The translations under genes and the position numbers were made by a program. From positions 657 through 64,656 of the forward strand of contig CAZMOK010000011.1 of the NCBI GenBank assembly GCA_964567785.1: a stretch of 64,000 bases of DNA, given 5' to 3'. The notes under the pieces were generated by a model. That model ran no database searches. It had not been told where the DNA came from and was given only the letters and a program-made list of their open reading frames with translations. Position 1 is the first letter of the stretch; each line of letters begins with the position of its first letter. Positions 25,801 through 35,655 of this stretch are shown here, piece after piece. Origin of the DNA: an uncultured Bacteroidales bacterium. GTDB taxonomy: Bacteria > Bacteroidota > Bacteroidia > Bacteroidales > JAGOPY01.

Positions 25801-27695
25801 GCCCTTATATCTTTTCCCTGAATATAGTTAATAAAGGCATTGTTCACAACTTTATTACCTCCCGGGGTAGGATAGTCGCCCGTAAAATACCAGTCGCCCT
25901 TATTCCCGGGGCTCGCATCGTGAAGGTCTTCTATCGTTTGATAAATAACGGTGATCCCGGCATTAATGCCCGGGGTCTTTAGCATCTGGGCTATCTTTTC
26001 AGAGATCTGAACCGCAGAAAAAGGCTTATAGATCTGCTTCACATAGTTCACAACCTCTTCCTTGGGCTTTCCAACCTGGCTCAGGCATTTCCGGTAAACA
26101 TCATTTATTATCGATTGCTGCCTTGTCTCTTTCAGTAACTCTATTGCGGCCTGGAAGGCAATGAAGTCGTGAAGTTTGGCCATATCAATACCATAACAAT
26201 CAGGGTACCTTATCTGAGGTGCCGAAGAGGCAATGACGATCTTCTTTGGCCCCAGCCTGTCGAGAATTCTTATAATACTATACTTAAGTGTAGTGCCCCG
26301 AACTATGGAGTCGTCCAGGATCACTAAATTATCAGATCCACTCCTTATGCTGTCGTAAGTTATATCGTAAATGTGCCCTACAAGATCGTTCCGCTCCGAT
26401 TCCTGGGTGATAAATGTCCTGAGTTTCTGGTCTTTCACCGCAACTTTTTCAACCCTGGGCTTTATGGCAAGGATATTCTCAAGATCTTCATCGTTGTAGC
26501 CGGCAGGCAACCTTCTGATCTTATCTTTTTTGATCTTGTTGCAATACCTGTTTAGTTCCTCACCAAGTCCCCTGAAGGCTACGGCAGCGGTATTCGGAAT
26601 GTATGAAAAAACAGTATTTTCCAGGTCAAAGTCTATAGCTTCCAATATGGGGCCGGCCAGTGATTTACCGAGCTGCTTCCTTTCTTTGTAAATTTCTGCA
26701 TCAGTGCCCCTGGAAAAATAGATCCTTTCAAAGGAACAGGATTTCCTGGGCATGGGCTCCTTGAACATCTCCTGTTTTATCTCACCCGATTTCCTGATCA
26801 ACAGGGCGTGACCCGGCCTGATCTCTTCAATCATTGAAAATGGCGCGTTGAAAGTGGTCTGTATCACGGGACGCTCTGAGGTTACCACAGCTACTTCATC
26901 GTCGTGGTAAAAATAGGCCGGACGAATACCTGAAGGGTCCCTCATTACGAATGCATCACCATGCCCTATCAGCCCGGCTATGGCATAGCCCCCGTCCCAG
27001 TCGCGGGCCGACCTGGATAAAATGCTGCCAATATCAAGATTTCCTGCGATCATGGGCGAAATATCCCGCTTCTGGTAACCCTGCTCCTTGAATTCCCTGT
27101 AAAGCCTTTCGTTCTCATCGTCCAGAAAATGGCCGATCTTTTCTAGTACAGTTATGGTATCCGAAGTCTCTATGGGATACTGACCCAGATCGATCAGGTA
27201 CTCGAAAAGCTCGTCTACGTTTGTCAGATTGAAATTACCTGCAAGTACAAGGTTCTTGGTTTTCCAGTTATTATGGCGGATCACGGGGTGCAAGAGTTCG
27301 ATCCCATGCCGGCCGAATGTGCCGTACCGGAGGTGCCCGAGGAATAACTCACCTGTGAATTCTGAATTTTGTTTAAGCCAGTTTACATCTTTATACCTTT
27401 CAGAAACAGGCTCTACAGTGTTTTTAATGCGTGTATATGCTTCCTGGAAAATCTCAGTGATGGCTGAACTCGAGTTCGACCTGATTCTGTTGATGAATTT
27501 ATTTCCGGGTTCAAGATCAAACTTGATGGTTGCAATCCCCGCTCCATCCTGGCCCCTGTTGTGCTGTTTCTGCATCAACAGGTGCATCTTCTTCAGTCCG
27601 TAGAATGATGTACCATATTTTCCAAGGTAATACTCTAAAGGCTTTAAAAGGCGAATGAGGGCAATTCCACATTCATGTTTGATCTGTTCACTCAT
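25794..27695 (-). CDS. purF: amidophosphoribosyltransferase (long class-II glutamine amidotransferase form)
   Basis: 633 aa. It has the N-terminal nucleophile context MSEQIKHECGIALI, GHLRYGTFG, and the PRTase loop LVILDDSIVRGTT. Confidence 0.8.
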   Translation of the reverse strand: MSEQIKHECGIALIRLLKPLEYYLGKYGTSFYGLKKMHLLMQKQHNRGQDGAGIATIKFDLEPGNKFINRIRSNSSSAITEIFQEAYTRIKNTVEPVSERYKDVNWLKQNSEFTGELFLGHLRYGTFGRHGIELLHPVIRHNNWKTKNLVLAGNFNLTNVDELFEYLIDLGQYPIETSDTITVLEKIGHFLDDENERLYREFKEQGYQKRDISPMIAGNLDIGSILSRSARDWDGGYAIAGLIGHGDAFVMRDPSGIRPAYFYHDDEVAVVTSERPVIQTTFNAPFSMIEEIRPGHALLIRKSGEIKQEMFKEPMPRKSCSFERIYFSRGTDAEIYKERKQLGKSLAGPILEAIDFDLENTVFSYIPNTAAVAFRGLGEELNRYCNKIKKDKIRRLPAGYNDEDLENILAIKPRVEKVAVKDQKLRTFITQESERNDLVGHIYDITYDSIRSGSDNLVILDDSIVRGTTLKYSIIRILDRLGPKKIVIASSAPQIRYPDCYGIDMAKLHDFIAFQAAIELLKETRQQSIINDVYRKCLSQVGKPKEEVVNYVKQIYKPFSAVQISEKIAQMLKTPGINAGITVIYQTIEDLHDASPGNKGDWYFTGDYPTPGGNKVVNNAFINYIQGKDIRAY

Positions 27696-27720
27696 GAAGC
27701 CGGTTGTTCTGGAAAGTGTA

Positions 27721-27728
27721 CAAAGTTA
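27721..27728 (-). promoter_or_regulatory. Bacteroidota sigma-A -7 box TAACTTTG (purF)
   Basis: Matches TAnnTTTG on the minus strand, 25 nt upstream of ATG 27695. Confidence 0.45.
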
Positions 27729-27853
27729 TGAATATTGTTGCAGAATGTATATTTCTTGTGGTAATTGCCTCCCCTTTCATAAAAAAATCAGAAATTTGAG
27801 GGATATCAAGGTTTTTACCCTATAAATAATTTTTTTAACAAAAACTATTGCGC

Positions 27854-29458
27854 ATGAAAACCAACTGTATCACCCTTTTTCTATCAGTTCTTTTTTTTCT
27901 GAATATCCAAAATTATCTCTCCGCCCAGGTAGATAAATCTGACTGGGAAGGGGGTGTCCCTGAAGGCTGTACATCCATCACGGCAGGAAAGCTTGCCACT
28001 GCTGATGGTTCAGTTATCACATCCCACACCGACGACAGCCACAGGACCCGGTCCTGGATCGACATTGTGCCTCCCAAAAAGCACGGAAAGGATGCTACTG
28101 TTCCCATGTACAAGAGGATGAGCTCCGACACCTTTGCCATGCCAACCTATCATCACAAGATGATCGGCAGTATACCCCAGGTTGAGGAAACATCCGGGTA
28201 CATCAATACGGCCTACCCCTGCATGAACCAGTACCAGGTTGCTATCGGAGAGTCCACCTTCGGAGGGCGTGCATCCCTGCAGTCCAATGAAGGGCTTATC
28301 GACTGCCAGAGGCTTTGCCAGCTTATGCTCGAGAGGGCCAGAACGGCCAGGGAGGCAATTGAGATTGCCGGTGAGCTCACAAAGAAATACGGGTGGAATG
28401 ACGCAGGGGAATGCCTGACCATATCAGATAAGAATGAAGTGTGGCATCTTGAGATCGTTGGACCGGGCAAGGGAAAATCAGGATCTATCTGGGTGGCTCA
28501 GCGTGTCCCCGACGAGGAGATCTCTGTCAATGCGAATGCCAGCCGTATCATGAAGATCGACCTCAAAGACAAGGATCATTTCATGGCTTCGGATAACATC
28601 TATGACATGGCCCTCGACAGCGGATGGTGTGAATCGAAAGATGATTTTGAATTCTGTTATGCCTATGCACCTGAAAGCCGCACCTCACTTGCTGCCAGAA
28701 GGAGGGAATGGAGGGTGTTTGACCTGCTGGCACCATCGCTGGGCCTGGATCCCAATGCAGAGAATTATCCTTTCTCCGTAAAGCCCGATGATAAGGTTAC
28801 ACTTTCAGACCTGGTCATGGTTTTTAAAGATTATTATGAAGGCACTCCCTTCGATATGACCAAAAACCTCACTGTTACAGATGAAAATGGCAAGACGGTA
28901 ATATCACCCCTGGCAAATCCTCATATGCCCTACGACGCGAACAAGCTGCACGATATCAACGGCGGATGGGGATGGCGCGGTGAAAGGACGATAGCCAGGT
29001 GGTACACCATGTATGCGACCATAATACAGAGCCGCGACTGGCTCCCCGATGAAGTTGGGGGTGTGGTGTGGCTGGCAATGGACAATGTTGCCACATCTGT
29101 TTATATACCTGTATATTGCTGTGTCACAGATCTTCCGGAACCCTACAAGACTCCTGGACGGCCAAACGGTTTTACATACGAATCAGCATGGTGGGCCTTC
29201 AACAGGTTGGGTACGCTTACAGCACAACGCTGGGGCGATATGAGGCATGATGTGGATGCTCTGTGGGACCCGATACAGGAAGAACTTTTCACCAGGCAAA
29301 ATGAGGTTGAAGCCGAAGCAATTGAGCTGTTGAAAGAAGACCGGGAAGAAGCAGTAAAATATCTCACTGATTACACCCACCGCTGGGGTACTGAGGTTGT
29401 GGATAAAGCCTGGAAACTGGGAGATTTTCTCTGGACAAAGTACGATGAGAAATTCTGA
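27854..29458 (+). CDS. C69-family dipeptidase, secreted
   Basis: The track start is TTG 27848; ATG 27854 is preferred. It has a signal peptide followed by GCTSITAGKLATADGSVITSHTDD (the C69 N-terminal Cys nucleophile context) and EIVGPGKG...IWVAQRVPD. Confidence 0.8.
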   Translation: MKTNCITLFLSVLFFLNIQNYLSAQVDKSDWEGGVPEGCTSITAGKLATADGSVITSHTDDSHRTRSWIDIVPPKKHGKDATVPMYKRMSSDTFAMPTYHHKMIGSIPQVEETSGYINTAYPCMNQYQVAIGESTFGGRASLQSNEGLIDCQRLCQLMLERARTAREAIEIAGELTKKYGWNDAGECLTISDKNEVWHLEIVGPGKGKSGSIWVAQRVPDEEISVNANASRIMKIDLKDKDHFMASDNIYDMALDSGWCESKDDFEFCYAYAPESRTSLAARRREWRVFDLLAPSLGLDPNAENYPFSVKPDDKVTLSDLVMVFKDYYEGTPFDMTKNLTVTDENGKTVISPLANPHMPYDANKLHDINGGWGWRGERTIARWYTMYATIIQSRDWLPDEVGGVVWLAMDNVATSVYIPVYCCVTDLPEPYKTPGRPNGFTYESAWWAFNRLGTLTAQRWGDMRHDVDALWDPIQEELFTRQNEVEAEAIELLKEDREEAVKYLTDYTHRWGTEVVDKAWKLGDFLWTKYDEKF

Positions 29459-29496
29459 CCATTTCAAGAAAATTTCTTAATTAAACCAAAACCTGA

Positions 29497-32124
29497 ATGA
29501 AGAAGCTTCTTATCATTTTCGCATTGGCCCTTTATGGGTTATATGCAATTGCACAGGAAGATCTCCGGTCACCCGTTGATTTTTTCGGCTTTGAACCGGG
29601 AGCCGACAGAATGTTGTTTAACTACGGGGAACTCATCGACTACCTTAAGATACTGGATGAGGCCTCACCAATGCTTGAGCTTAAAGAGATAGGTAAGTCG
29701 CCTGAAGGGAAAAAGATATACATTGCCTTTATTTCCGATTCTGCCAATATCGTAAACCTCGACCGGCTAAAGGAGGTCAACAGGCAGCTTGCCCAAATCC
29801 CTTTCTTTACGGAGGATGGACGTGCAGACCTGGCGTCGGAAGGAAAGGTGTTCTTTCTTGCCACTCTCTCAATGCATTCCACCGAAGTGGGGCCCTCACA
29901 ATCGGCCCCGGCAATTGCTTATGAACTGATAACGGGTAAAGATCACAGGATGCATGACTGGCTGGAAAATGTGGTTTATATGATGGTCCCCTGCCATAAT
30001 CCCGACGGTATGGACATGATCGTGGAGCATTACAACAAGTACAGGGATACAAAGTACGAGGGGAGTTCTATGCCGGGTGTTTACCATAAATATATCGGTC
30101 ATGACAATAACCGCGATTTTGTTGCCCTTACGCAGGAAGATACAAGAGTCATTGCCGCAATCTACAACAAAGAATGGTTTCCCCAGGTGATGGTCGAAAA
30201 ACACCAGATGGGCTCTACAGGGGTGAGGTACTTTGTGCCGCCGCCTCACGATCCGATAGCCGAAAACATTGATGCGGGCGTATGGACCTGGATCGGCATT
30301 TTCGGATCAAACATGATGAAAGACATGACCAATAACGGGTTGCAGGGAATAGCGCAGAACTATCTTTTTGATGATTACTGGCCGGGTTCAACAGAAACCT
30401 GCATCTGGAAAGGGGCGATAGGGATGCTTACCGAAGCGGCCAGTGCCAGGCTTGCCACTCCCATCTATATTGAACCCAATGAAATAAAGGTTTGGGGCAA
30501 AGGCCTGGCAGAATACAAGAAAAGCATCAAGATGCCCGATCCCTGGCCGGGTGGCTGGTGGAAGCTGTCAGATATCATCGAGTACGAAAAACAAAGCACT
30601 TATTCTATACTGAAGACCGCCTCTTCACACAAGGAAGATATTTTGAAGTTCAGGAATGAATTGTGCAGGAAAGAGTTTATGAAGGGATTGAATGAACCTC
30701 CCTACTTCTATATCCTGCCAGGCGACCAGCACGACCAGGGAGAGCTTGTGAAACTGTTGAACCTGCTTATGGAACATGGTGTGGAGGTTTATTTTATCAC
30801 TGAGCAGGTTAAAACAGATGAAAAAATATTTGAGATCGGTGATTTCATAGTGCCACTTGCCCAGCCATACAGGGCATTTATTAAAGAAGTTATGGAGACC
30901 CAGGAATTTCCATTGAGGCATTACACCCCGGATGGAGAGATCATAAAACCCTATGATATTACCAGTTGGTCGCTTCCTCTGCACAATGGGGTTGAATGTA
31001 TTGAAATCAGCGAAAAGAAAGGATTCGAGGAGTGGATGCATTTTACTGTGGCAATTGATGAAGGTTTCAGTCTCAAAAGGGGAATGCCTACAGAATCATG
31101 GGGCATGCTTTTCAACGTGAACAATAATGAAAGTTTCAAGGCAGCTTTCTCCGCGAAGGAAAAAGGGTTTGCTGTGCATCGAACCCTGGAGGATATCCGT
31201 ACCCGCATTAATGGCCCTGTTATCCCCGGTGGCAGCTTTATGGTTTCCGGACTGAGGGACGAGGAGAAAATAGCTGATTTTTACGGGGAACTTACCGTCG
31301 ACCCGGTTTTCCTGGATGAAAGGCCTGGTGTTGAAACCGGAGAGTTCAGTGTTCCCTCAATTGCACTTATCGAAACCTGGCTGCACGATATGGATGCGGG
31401 ATGGACCCGGTACCTTTTCGACACATATCACATCCCATATGACGTAATAAGGCCCTATGAGGTTAAGGACACTGAACTTGATAAATATGATGTTGTTGTG
31501 CTTCCCGGAAACAACAAAGACATTCTGATGTCGGGAAAATACAAGTCGGGCAAGCAGTATTACATGAGCAGTTATCCTCCTGAATATGCCCGTGGGATGG
31601 AAAAGGAAGGCCTGCAAAAGCTTATGGCTTATGTAAATGACGGAGGCAAGATAGTGGCCTGGGAAAGGTCAACCCAGTTGTTCGACGGTACTTTGAAAAT
31701 TGAAACGGAAGAAGGGGAGGATGAGGAATTCCAGTTGCCGTTTTCCGATATTTCTTCAGAACTGAAAGGATTGTATTGCCCTGGATCACTGGTAAAGGTG
31801 CAACTGGATGAAGATTCTCCCATTACCCTGGGAATGGGTGACCATACCAATGTTTTTTACCGGGGCCGTCCCGTGTTCGAAACGTCCCTGCCCAGGTTCG
31901 ATATGGACAGGCGTGTAGTGGGCACTTTTCCCGAAGGGGAGGTCTTTGTGAGCGGCTATATCGAAAATGAGGAAAAGCTTGACGATAAGGTTGCCCTTGT
32001 CTGGCTGAAGAAGGGAAAAGGCCAGATGGTGCTGTTTGCGTTCCATCCCCAGTTTAGGGCTTCAACGGGAGCTACTTACAAACTGCTTTTCAATTCCCTG
32101 TTGCTCCAAAATCCACAATACTAA
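29497..32124 (+). CDS. M14-family metallocarboxypeptidase-like protein with long C-terminal extension
   Basis: 875 aa with a signal peptide. The zinc motif context is LSMHSTEVGPSQ (HxxE), and MVPCHNPDGMD and GHDNNRDF are also present. About 350 additional C-terminal residues are of unknown role. Confidence 0.7.
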   Translation: MKKLLIIFALALYGLYAIAQEDLRSPVDFFGFEPGADRMLFNYGELIDYLKILDEASPMLELKEIGKSPEGKKIYIAFISDSANIVNLDRLKEVNRQLAQIPFFTEDGRADLASEGKVFFLATLSMHSTEVGPSQSAPAIAYELITGKDHRMHDWLENVVYMMVPCHNPDGMDMIVEHYNKYRDTKYEGSSMPGVYHKYIGHDNNRDFVALTQEDTRVIAAIYNKEWFPQVMVEKHQMGSTGVRYFVPPPHDPIAENIDAGVWTWIGIFGSNMMKDMTNNGLQGIAQNYLFDDYWPGSTETCIWKGAIGMLTEAASARLATPIYIEPNEIKVWGKGLAEYKKSIKMPDPWPGGWWKLSDIIEYEKQSTYSILKTASSHKEDILKFRNELCRKEFMKGLNEPPYFYILPGDQHDQGELVKLLNLLMEHGVEVYFITEQVKTDEKIFEIGDFIVPLAQPYRAFIKEVMETQEFPLRHYTPDGEIIKPYDITSWSLPLHNGVECIEISEKKGFEEWMHFTVAIDEGFSLKRGMPTESWGMLFNVNNNESFKAAFSAKEKGFAVHRTLEDIRTRINGPVIPGGSFMVSGLRDEEKIADFYGELTVDPVFLDERPGVETGEFSVPSIALIETWLHDMDAGWTRYLFDTYHIPYDVIRPYEVKDTELDKYDVVVLPGNNKDILMSGKYKSGKQYYMSSYPPEYARGMEKEGLQKLMAYVNDGGKIVAWERSTQLFDGTLKIETEEGEDEEFQLPFSDISSELKGLYCPGSLVKVQLDEDSPITLGMGDHTNVFYRGRPVFETSLPRFDMDRRVVGTFPEGEVFVSGYIENEEKLDDKVALVWLKKGKGQMVLFAFHPQFRASTGATYKLLFNSLLLQNPQY

Positions 32125-32156
32125 AATCAACCAGCTAATAACACTAAAACAGAATT

Positions 32157-33749
32157 ATGTTCAAGAAGCGAAAACTTCCGCACACCTATGCCATTATTTT
32201 CTACATCATCATTCTTGCTGCCATTCTTACCTGGATTGTGCCGGGAGGCGAATATGTAGAGAAAACTATAGTTAAAGACGGCGGGCCGGATACCGAACTA
32301 GTTTTTGAATATGTGGAAAGCCAGCCTCAGACCTGGCAGGTTTTTGCTGCCATGTTCAAGGGCTTCGAGAACCAGGCCGGGATAATAGTGTTCATCCTGA
32401 TGATAGGAGGTGCTTTCTGGATCATGAACAGCACCAGGGCCATTGATGTGGGCATTCTCTCGTTTATCAGGTTCACACGGAAGCTCGAGCACTACAAGCT
32501 TTTCAAGGTCATTGGGATCGACAATGTGATCATCTCCCTTGTGATGATCATGTTCAGCATTTTCGGTGCCGTGTTCGGGATGAGCGAAGAGACCATTGCC
32601 TTTATCATCATCCTTGTCCCGCTGGCAATCACAATGGGCTATGATTCAATAGTGGGTGTTTCGATGTGCTTTGTGGCTGCAGGCCTGGGGTTTGCCGGGG
32701 CTGTGCTGAACCCGTTTACTATCGGAATAGCACAGGGCATAGCCGAACTTCCCCTCTTCTCAGGTTTTGAATACCGTATCTTTTGCTGGGTTGTGATCAA
32801 TATTGTGGGTATAGGTTATATCCTTATTTATGCCCATAAGATCAGGAAACACCCCGAAAAATCACCGGTGAGGGAAGAGGATGAATACTGGAGGGAGAGA
32901 GGGACTGCTGAGATCGAATCTATCGAGTACAATACTCCGGCAAGCGCCTGGGTATCCTTTTTTGTAACCCTTGCAGCGCTTGCCGTCTTTTCATGGTTTT
33001 ACCCTTTCACAGACCTGAAGGTTGGGAACTATTCGATCAACCTGCCTGCTGTTCCGGTAGTCACCGGGCTGTTTGCGCTTACTGGCATCCTGACCTTAAG
33101 AAAGACCGTGCATTTCTACATTCTTTCACTGCTTCTCTACACCATCGTCTTTCTGATAATAGGCGTAATGGGATACGAATGGTACATTATGGAAATTGCC
33201 ACCCTGTTCTTTGCTATGGGCCTTGCCGCCGGACTTTCGATGGGTTACGACGACAATATGAACGTAAAGCTTTTTCTCGAGGGGGTCAAGGATATCGTCT
33301 CAGCCGCTCTTGTGGTAGGGCTTGCCGGTGGCATAATCGTGATACTTGAAGAGGGGAAGGTCATTGGTACCATACTGCACAGCCTTTCCGAATCGATGAG
33401 GGGCGTGAACCAGGTTGGTTCGGTAGCCTTCATGTACGTCATCCAGACGATCATCAATATAGCCATACCCTCCGGATCGGCTAAAGCCGCTATCACCATG
33501 CCCATTATGGCACCTTTCTCTGATCTGATAAACCTTTCGAGACAGGCAACCGTAATGGCATTCCAGTTTGGCGATGGCTTTACCAACATGATAACTCCAA
33601 CTTCCGGTGTTTTAATTGGTGTTCTGGGCGTTGCTAAAATTCCTTATGACAAGTGGGTGAGGTGGGTCTGGCCACTTATCCTGATATTGATGATACTTGG
33701 GTTTTTGCTCCTTATCCCGACCGTCACAATGGACCTTAACGGATTTTAA
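32157..33749 (+). CDS. YfcC-family (DcuC-like) integral membrane transporter
   Basis: 530 aa and polytopic. The N-terminus KLPHTYAIIFYIIILAAILTWIVPGGEY is characteristic of YfcC-type transporters. Confidence 0.75.
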   Translation: MFKKRKLPHTYAIIFYIIILAAILTWIVPGGEYVEKTIVKDGGPDTELVFEYVESQPQTWQVFAAMFKGFENQAGIIVFILMIGGAFWIMNSTRAIDVGILSFIRFTRKLEHYKLFKVIGIDNVIISLVMIMFSIFGAVFGMSEETIAFIIILVPLAITMGYDSIVGVSMCFVAAGLGFAGAVLNPFTIGIAQGIAELPLFSGFEYRIFCWVVINIVGIGYILIYAHKIRKHPEKSPVREEDEYWRERGTAEIESIEYNTPASAWVSFFVTLAALAVFSWFYPFTDLKVGNYSINLPAVPVVTGLFALTGILTLRKTVHFYILSLLLYTIVFLIIGVMGYEWYIMEIATLFFAMGLAAGLSMGYDDNMNVKLFLEGVKDIVSAALVVGLAGGIIVILEEGKVIGTILHSLSESMRGVNQVGSVAFMYVIQTIINIAIPSGSAKAAITMPIMAPFSDLINLSRQATVMAFQFGDGFTNMITPTSGVLIGVLGVAKIPYDKWVRWVWPLILILMILGFLLLIPTVTMDLNGF

Positions 33750-33762
33750 TTTTTGCAAAAAA

Positions 33763-33777
33763 TGAGACGACGTCTCA
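33763..33777. terminator. 15-nt palindrome between convergent stop codons (possible bidirectional hairpin)
   Basis: TGAGACG-A-CGTCTCA lies exactly between the YfcC stop (33747-33749) and the M14 stop (33779-33781). It is preceded by TTTTGCAAAAAA. Confidence 0.3.
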
Positions 33778-33778
33778 A

Positions 33779-35554
33779 TTATTGCAAATCATCAAGTACT
33801 TTTTTATCTGTGATCCTTCCGACCGGGTAGAGGTTTTTCCTGAAATCCCACCAGGGCGACTTGCTGTAAAACCAGTTGAGCTGGGCCCACTGGCTTTGTG
33901 CCGCCTGGGGGTGGTTTTCTTTCCATTCCTCAAATTCTTTCAGCAGCTCCGGGTCCTCTTTTATCATTTCCCTTGCAATGCCTTCCATTACATAGGTTTC
34001 GGAATATTCCTTCTGTTCGAAGATGGCATTGAAAAAGCCCCAGCCGAGGTACGAGTCAGGGGCATCAGGCTCGAGGATGTGGGCAATTACCCTCGCCGCA
34101 CGCTGGTTTACGGGTATTACAACACTGCCGGCAGGGAATCCGATCTTTTCTGTATCAACATCGTATTCTGCGTTCACCCTGAACCGTCCTTCATAAGGAG
34201 AGTTCGACCATACGGGTTCTTTGAACCTGTATGTTTCCACTTCGATCTCAACCGGCTCATCTATCTTGAAATAATCGATCCCATGCCAGATAATACGCTG
34301 GATCACTTCCGACCACTCAGGAGGGATAATATAGGCATAGGGAAGGGAAATTGTTTTAGAAGGTGCGAGGTCATTGAAAAGGGGAACACTGAAAGTTACC
34401 GGCTTATCGGGATGATATTTGAACCATGGCCCTCCTGTAAGATCACTCTCCACCACATCGTACTCAACCCCTTTGAAATCCACCATTACACTGTCGGGGC
34501 CTGCCTCCCAGTCGACAGGCAGCTCATAGCCCCCGGTAGCTTCTGCCTCAATGCGTTGATCGGCTTTCCGGTTCAGTTCTTTAAGGTTTTCTTTTTCCTC
34601 CTTTACCACCACGGCAATGATCCGGTATAGTTCGTACGTGGCATAGACCCTTGTTTTGAAATCTTTCAATGAATGATTTTCAACAAGCATTCCGATTCGG
34701 TTTTGCAGAGCTGTATAGCCTTGCGACAGCCTGGGGGGTGAAACGGAGCTTCTCAACCCGCTGCGGGGGTCGTGCCAGCGCCTGAACATCACATAAGGGA
34801 AAACCGGGTATCCCAATTCCTCCATTCCGGATTCCATATATGGGATAAAAGTGTTTTCAGTCCATTCGGTAAGCCCTTCATCCATATTTCCCTTCGTTTC
34901 CAGCGCATATGTAACAACATACTGGTAGTCGGCACCATCAGTTACATGAAAGTCGACGAAAAAATCGGGGAGCCATTCCCGGAAAAGTTTCAGCCAGGCA
35001 ATTGTTTCCGGGGAATCAGCTTTCAGGTAATCACGGTTGAGGTTAAGGTTCAGGGCGTTTGCCCTCCAGCCCATCTCCTCCGGACCGTCCTGGTTAATAC
35101 GGTTGTACGGGCCGGACCTTTCATGGCCGTCGACACTGAATATGGGAATGAACAGGTATGTAACACCATCCAGCAATCCGGGGAACTTTTTATGGATCAC
35201 AAGGTCCCTGAAGAACATCAGGCCTGCATCTTTTCCATCTATCTCCCCCGGATGGATGCCGGCCTGCAATAAGAGGACGGCGTTACCCGAAGCTTTCACA
35301 CTTTCAGGGGTGAAATTGCCTTTTTTATCAATGATCAGCAAAGGCAGTAGCCTGCCCTGGGGGCTGACTCCGAAAGTGGTGTGCTTTACCATTTCGGAAG
35401 CATCAGCGAGCGCCTTGCAGTAAGTGATGGTTGTTTCGTAATCAGGTGTGGCAACTCCACCCGACTTTTCAAAATAAGTCTGCCATCTGTCGTCTTGTGC
35501 GAAAATATTGAATGCGAACAGCAGGGCAATGGATAAAAAAGCGTACTTCTTCAT
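33779..35554 (-). CDS. M14-family metallocarboxypeptidase, secreted
   Basis: The track ORF starts at TTG 35581. ATG 35554 gives the signal peptide MKKYAFLSIALLFAFNIFAQ and sits 24 nt downstream of a TATTTTTG box. M14 motifs are AGIHPGEIDG (HxxE), FSVDGHER and LNLNRDY. Confidence 0.8.
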   Translation of the reverse strand: MKKYAFLSIALLFAFNIFAQDDRWQTYFEKSGGVATPDYETTITYCKALADASEMVKHTTFGVSPQGRLLPLLIIDKKGNFTPESVKASGNAVLLLQAGIHPGEIDGKDAGLMFFRDLVIHKKFPGLLDGVTYLFIPIFSVDGHERSGPYNRINQDGPEEMGWRANALNLNLNRDYLKADSPETIAWLKLFREWLPDFFVDFHVTDGADYQYVVTYALETKGNMDEGLTEWTENTFIPYMESGMEELGYPVFPYVMFRRWHDPRSGLRSSVSPPRLSQGYTALQNRIGMLVENHSLKDFKTRVYATYELYRIIAVVVKEEKENLKELNRKADQRIEAEATGGYELPVDWEAGPDSVMVDFKGVEYDVVESDLTGGPWFKYHPDKPVTFSVPLFNDLAPSKTISLPYAYIIPPEWSEVIQRIIWHGIDYFKIDEPVEIEVETYRFKEPVWSNSPYEGRFRVNAEYDVDTEKIGFPAGSVVIPVNQRAARVIAHILEPDAPDSYLGWGFFNAIFEQKEYSETYVMEGIAREMIKEDPELLKEFEEWKENHPQAAQSQWAQLNWFYSKSPWWDFRKNLYPVGRITDKKVLDDLQ

Positions 35555-35578
35555 TTGGTTTTGCATTGTATTATAGAG

Positions 35579-35586
35579 CAAAAATA
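35579..35586 (-). promoter_or_regulatory. Bacteroidota sigma-A -7 box TATTTTTG (M14 peptidase)
   Basis: Matches TAnnTTTG on the minus strand, 24 nt upstream of ATG 35554. It overlaps the TTG that the ORF track used as the start. Confidence 0.45.
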
Positions 35587-35655
35587 TGAAGTTAGGTCTT
35601 GATCCAGCCTAAAAAAGAGAGTGAATATACTTTTTGGTTTATTTAAATGAAAATA

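Noticed and set aside
33782-34630. Long antisense ORFs inside well-supported genes. This one is 282 aa; others are 47059-47838, 5383-6099, 56952-57692, 51581-52195 and 50090-50578.
   Set aside because: Each is fully embedded antisense in a gene with clear family motifs. Their products are low-complexity with no motifs, so they are typical shadow ORFs.
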